Shown piece by piece: positions 51,352-52,775 of a stretch of DNA of 52,775 bases. Both the position numbers and the translations under genes were made by a program. The stretch comes from Thermoplasmatota archaeon (GTDB taxonomy: Archaea; Thermoplasmatota; JAKEGO01). The notes below the pieces were generated by a model that ran no database searches, was not told where the DNA came from, and saw only the letters and a list, made by a program, of their open reading frames with translations. Where the stretch lies: NCBI GenBank assembly GCA_028279595.1, contig JANQNK010000009.1, positions 1-52,775 on the forward strand, given 5' to 3'. Every line of letters begins with the position of its first letter. Within the stretch, counting starts at the first letter, position 1.

Positions 51352-51352
51352 T

Positions 51353-51877
51353 TCAGCGGCAGAGGTCGTCGAGGTCGTAGCCGCAGAGTTCCGACAGTTC
51401 ATTGTGAAGGACGGCCGCGCGTTCGGCCTGTTCATCCAGGCCCTTCTCCCTCATGCTCTCCTGATGCTGCGAAGAGGTCTGGCGTCGATAGCCCGCGATG
51501 AGATTGTCCGCATGAGCGACGATCTTCTGCTCGAGAGTCTCGGGAAGGTAATCCTTGAAGGGGAGTCCGAGACGTCCCGCCTCGCCAGCTGTGATCCCCG
51601 CTCCGATATGCCGTTCGACTATCTCGACCACATCGTTGTGGACGCCCCGGTCCCGGAGGATGTTGGCGCCCTGGACGGCATGGTCGATGCCGTGAGACCT
51701 CGATCGGCCGATGTCATGGAGAAGGGCGGCCGCATGGACGAGGGATATGTCGGCACCGGCGCACTCGGCGATCTCCAGGGCGAGTTCGGTAACGACCTCG
51801 ATATGGATCATAACCTCGTCGGAGATCCCCTCCTCGACGAGGATCGTCAGACATGCTTCGTCCGTGGGATAGGACAT
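51353..51877 (-). CDS. HD-domain (HDIG) phosphohydrolase, archaeal TIGR00295-like
   Basis: [30 protein letters not shown]. Confidence 0.9.
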   Translation of the reverse strand: MSYPTDEACLTILVEEGISDEVMIHIEVVTELALEIAECAGADISLVHAAALLHDIGRSRSHGIDHAVQGANILRDRGVHNDVVEIVERHIGAGITAGEAGRLGLPFKDYLPETLEQKIVAHADNLIAGYRRQTSSQHQESMREKGLDEQAERAAVLHNELSELCGYDLDDLCR

Positions 51878-51923
51878 TGGCTCTGAAAATGCACAGCGGA
51901 TATTTACGTCTTCCTGAGGACCT

Positions 51924-52775
51924 TCACTTCCGGCGCCTGACGAATGCGAGGACCGCGACGGCGGCCCCGGCGACCACCTGGACCATGATGGTCCCTGCCG
52001 GCAGGAGGTCCCTGAACACCTCGTCGAAGGCGACCTCGGTGCCCTCGGCCTCTATGCCGGGATCGTGGAAGATGTCGCTTCCGGCGGGATAAACGAACCC
52101 GCCGACCACGCTGAGGCCAGTTATCCGCTTCCCATTGGTCGAGATATCCTCGTACCCGACCTTTAGGACGCTGAACCTTACCTTCACATTCCGGCCGTCC
52201 ACCGTGGCGTTGTCGACCCATGTCAGGTCCGCCAGGACGTCCCCGTTGTCGGCAATGCTGACCTTATCCTTGGCCGATAGGGACTCCGGGATGCCATCCT
52301 CGTTCGTATCAGTGCGCTCGTCGGTCGACAGCGAGTGTTCTTTATCGTCCTCGTCCTCGAACCTTGCCTCGCCATTTATCCCGAGGTCGCTGACGACCTT
52401 GCTACCAGCCCATTTCTCCGTCGCTGGTGAGGCGATTACGCCCGCTGACGTCCTTGTCAGCAGTATCATCGAGTTGTTCACATCGTAAACGGGCCAGTCG
52501 TCGATGGTGACATTGTACTTGAAGGAGCCAGTGGTCCGGATGGTCCTCGCAGTCCGATTCCGCAGACGATGGACCGACCTGACCTCGTTGTCCTGCCCCT
52601 CGACCTTGACCCTGTAGACAGGGATGGACGTCTCGGTGACCTCGCGGTCGACCTGAAGGACGAACTCGAGCTCTATCGATCCGAGGACCTTGTTCGCCTG
52701 GACCGTTCCTGTCGAACGGTCGCGGACCGTAACGTTCCATGCAGTAAGTGTGAAGAGATAGAAGGTGGTGTCCCC
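51924..52775 (-). CDS. Partial secreted/surface protein with C-terminal membrane anchor (5' end outside window)
   Basis: Frame of ORF 51924..52481 stays open to the window edge ([11 protein letters not shown]...). C-terminal HDPG, TM helix and RRRK. Confidence 0.8.
   Translation of the reverse strand, partial: GDTTFYLFTLTAWNVTVRDRSTGTVQANKVLGSIELEFVLQVDREVTETSIPVYRVKVEGQDNEVRSVHRLRNRTARTIRTTGSFKYNVTIDDWPVYDVNNSMILLTRTSAGVIASPATEKWAGSKVVSDLGINGEARFEDEDDKEHSLSTDERTDTNEDGIPESLSAKDKVSIADNGDVLADLTWVDNATVDGRNVKVRFSVLKVGYEDISTNGKRITGLSVVGGFVYPAGSDIFHDPGIEAEGTEVAFDEVFRDLLPAGTIMVQVVAGAAVAVLAFVRRRK

Overview
GC-rich archaeal chromosomal segment, most likely Thermoplasmatota/Thermoplasmata-like. Support: an archaeal 23S rRNA 3' end with no 5S gene behind it, topo VI A/B, Hef, XerA, PGI/PMI, a PGF-CTERM protease, and BRE-TATA promoters with many apparently leaderless starts. 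Most genes are housekeeping or fermentative (hbd-crt, serA-like, folD, queD, pcm, ychF-like, tnaA) or encode large surface proteins. The top signal is a 'glutamine locus' at 47.8-51.4 kb. It holds an intact bacterial-type glutaminyl-tRNA synthetase, an enzyme archaea are classically said to lack, about 1.8 kb from a tRNA-Gln(CUG) with a G discriminator. The tRNA is followed by an inverted, split copy of its own 3' end and two tandem copies of an unrecognised double-stem motif with compensatory base changes. Other notable items are a 28-bp dif-like site over the start of xerA, a 105-nt three-way-junction RNA candidate at 15071-15175, an AT-rich orphan resembling an inactive MCM paralog, a surface-sensor/TM/winged-HTH one-component regulator, a folD with no canonical start codon, and tandem claudin-like tetraspan paralogs. 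All calls are by eye from motifs; no searches or folding programs were run.
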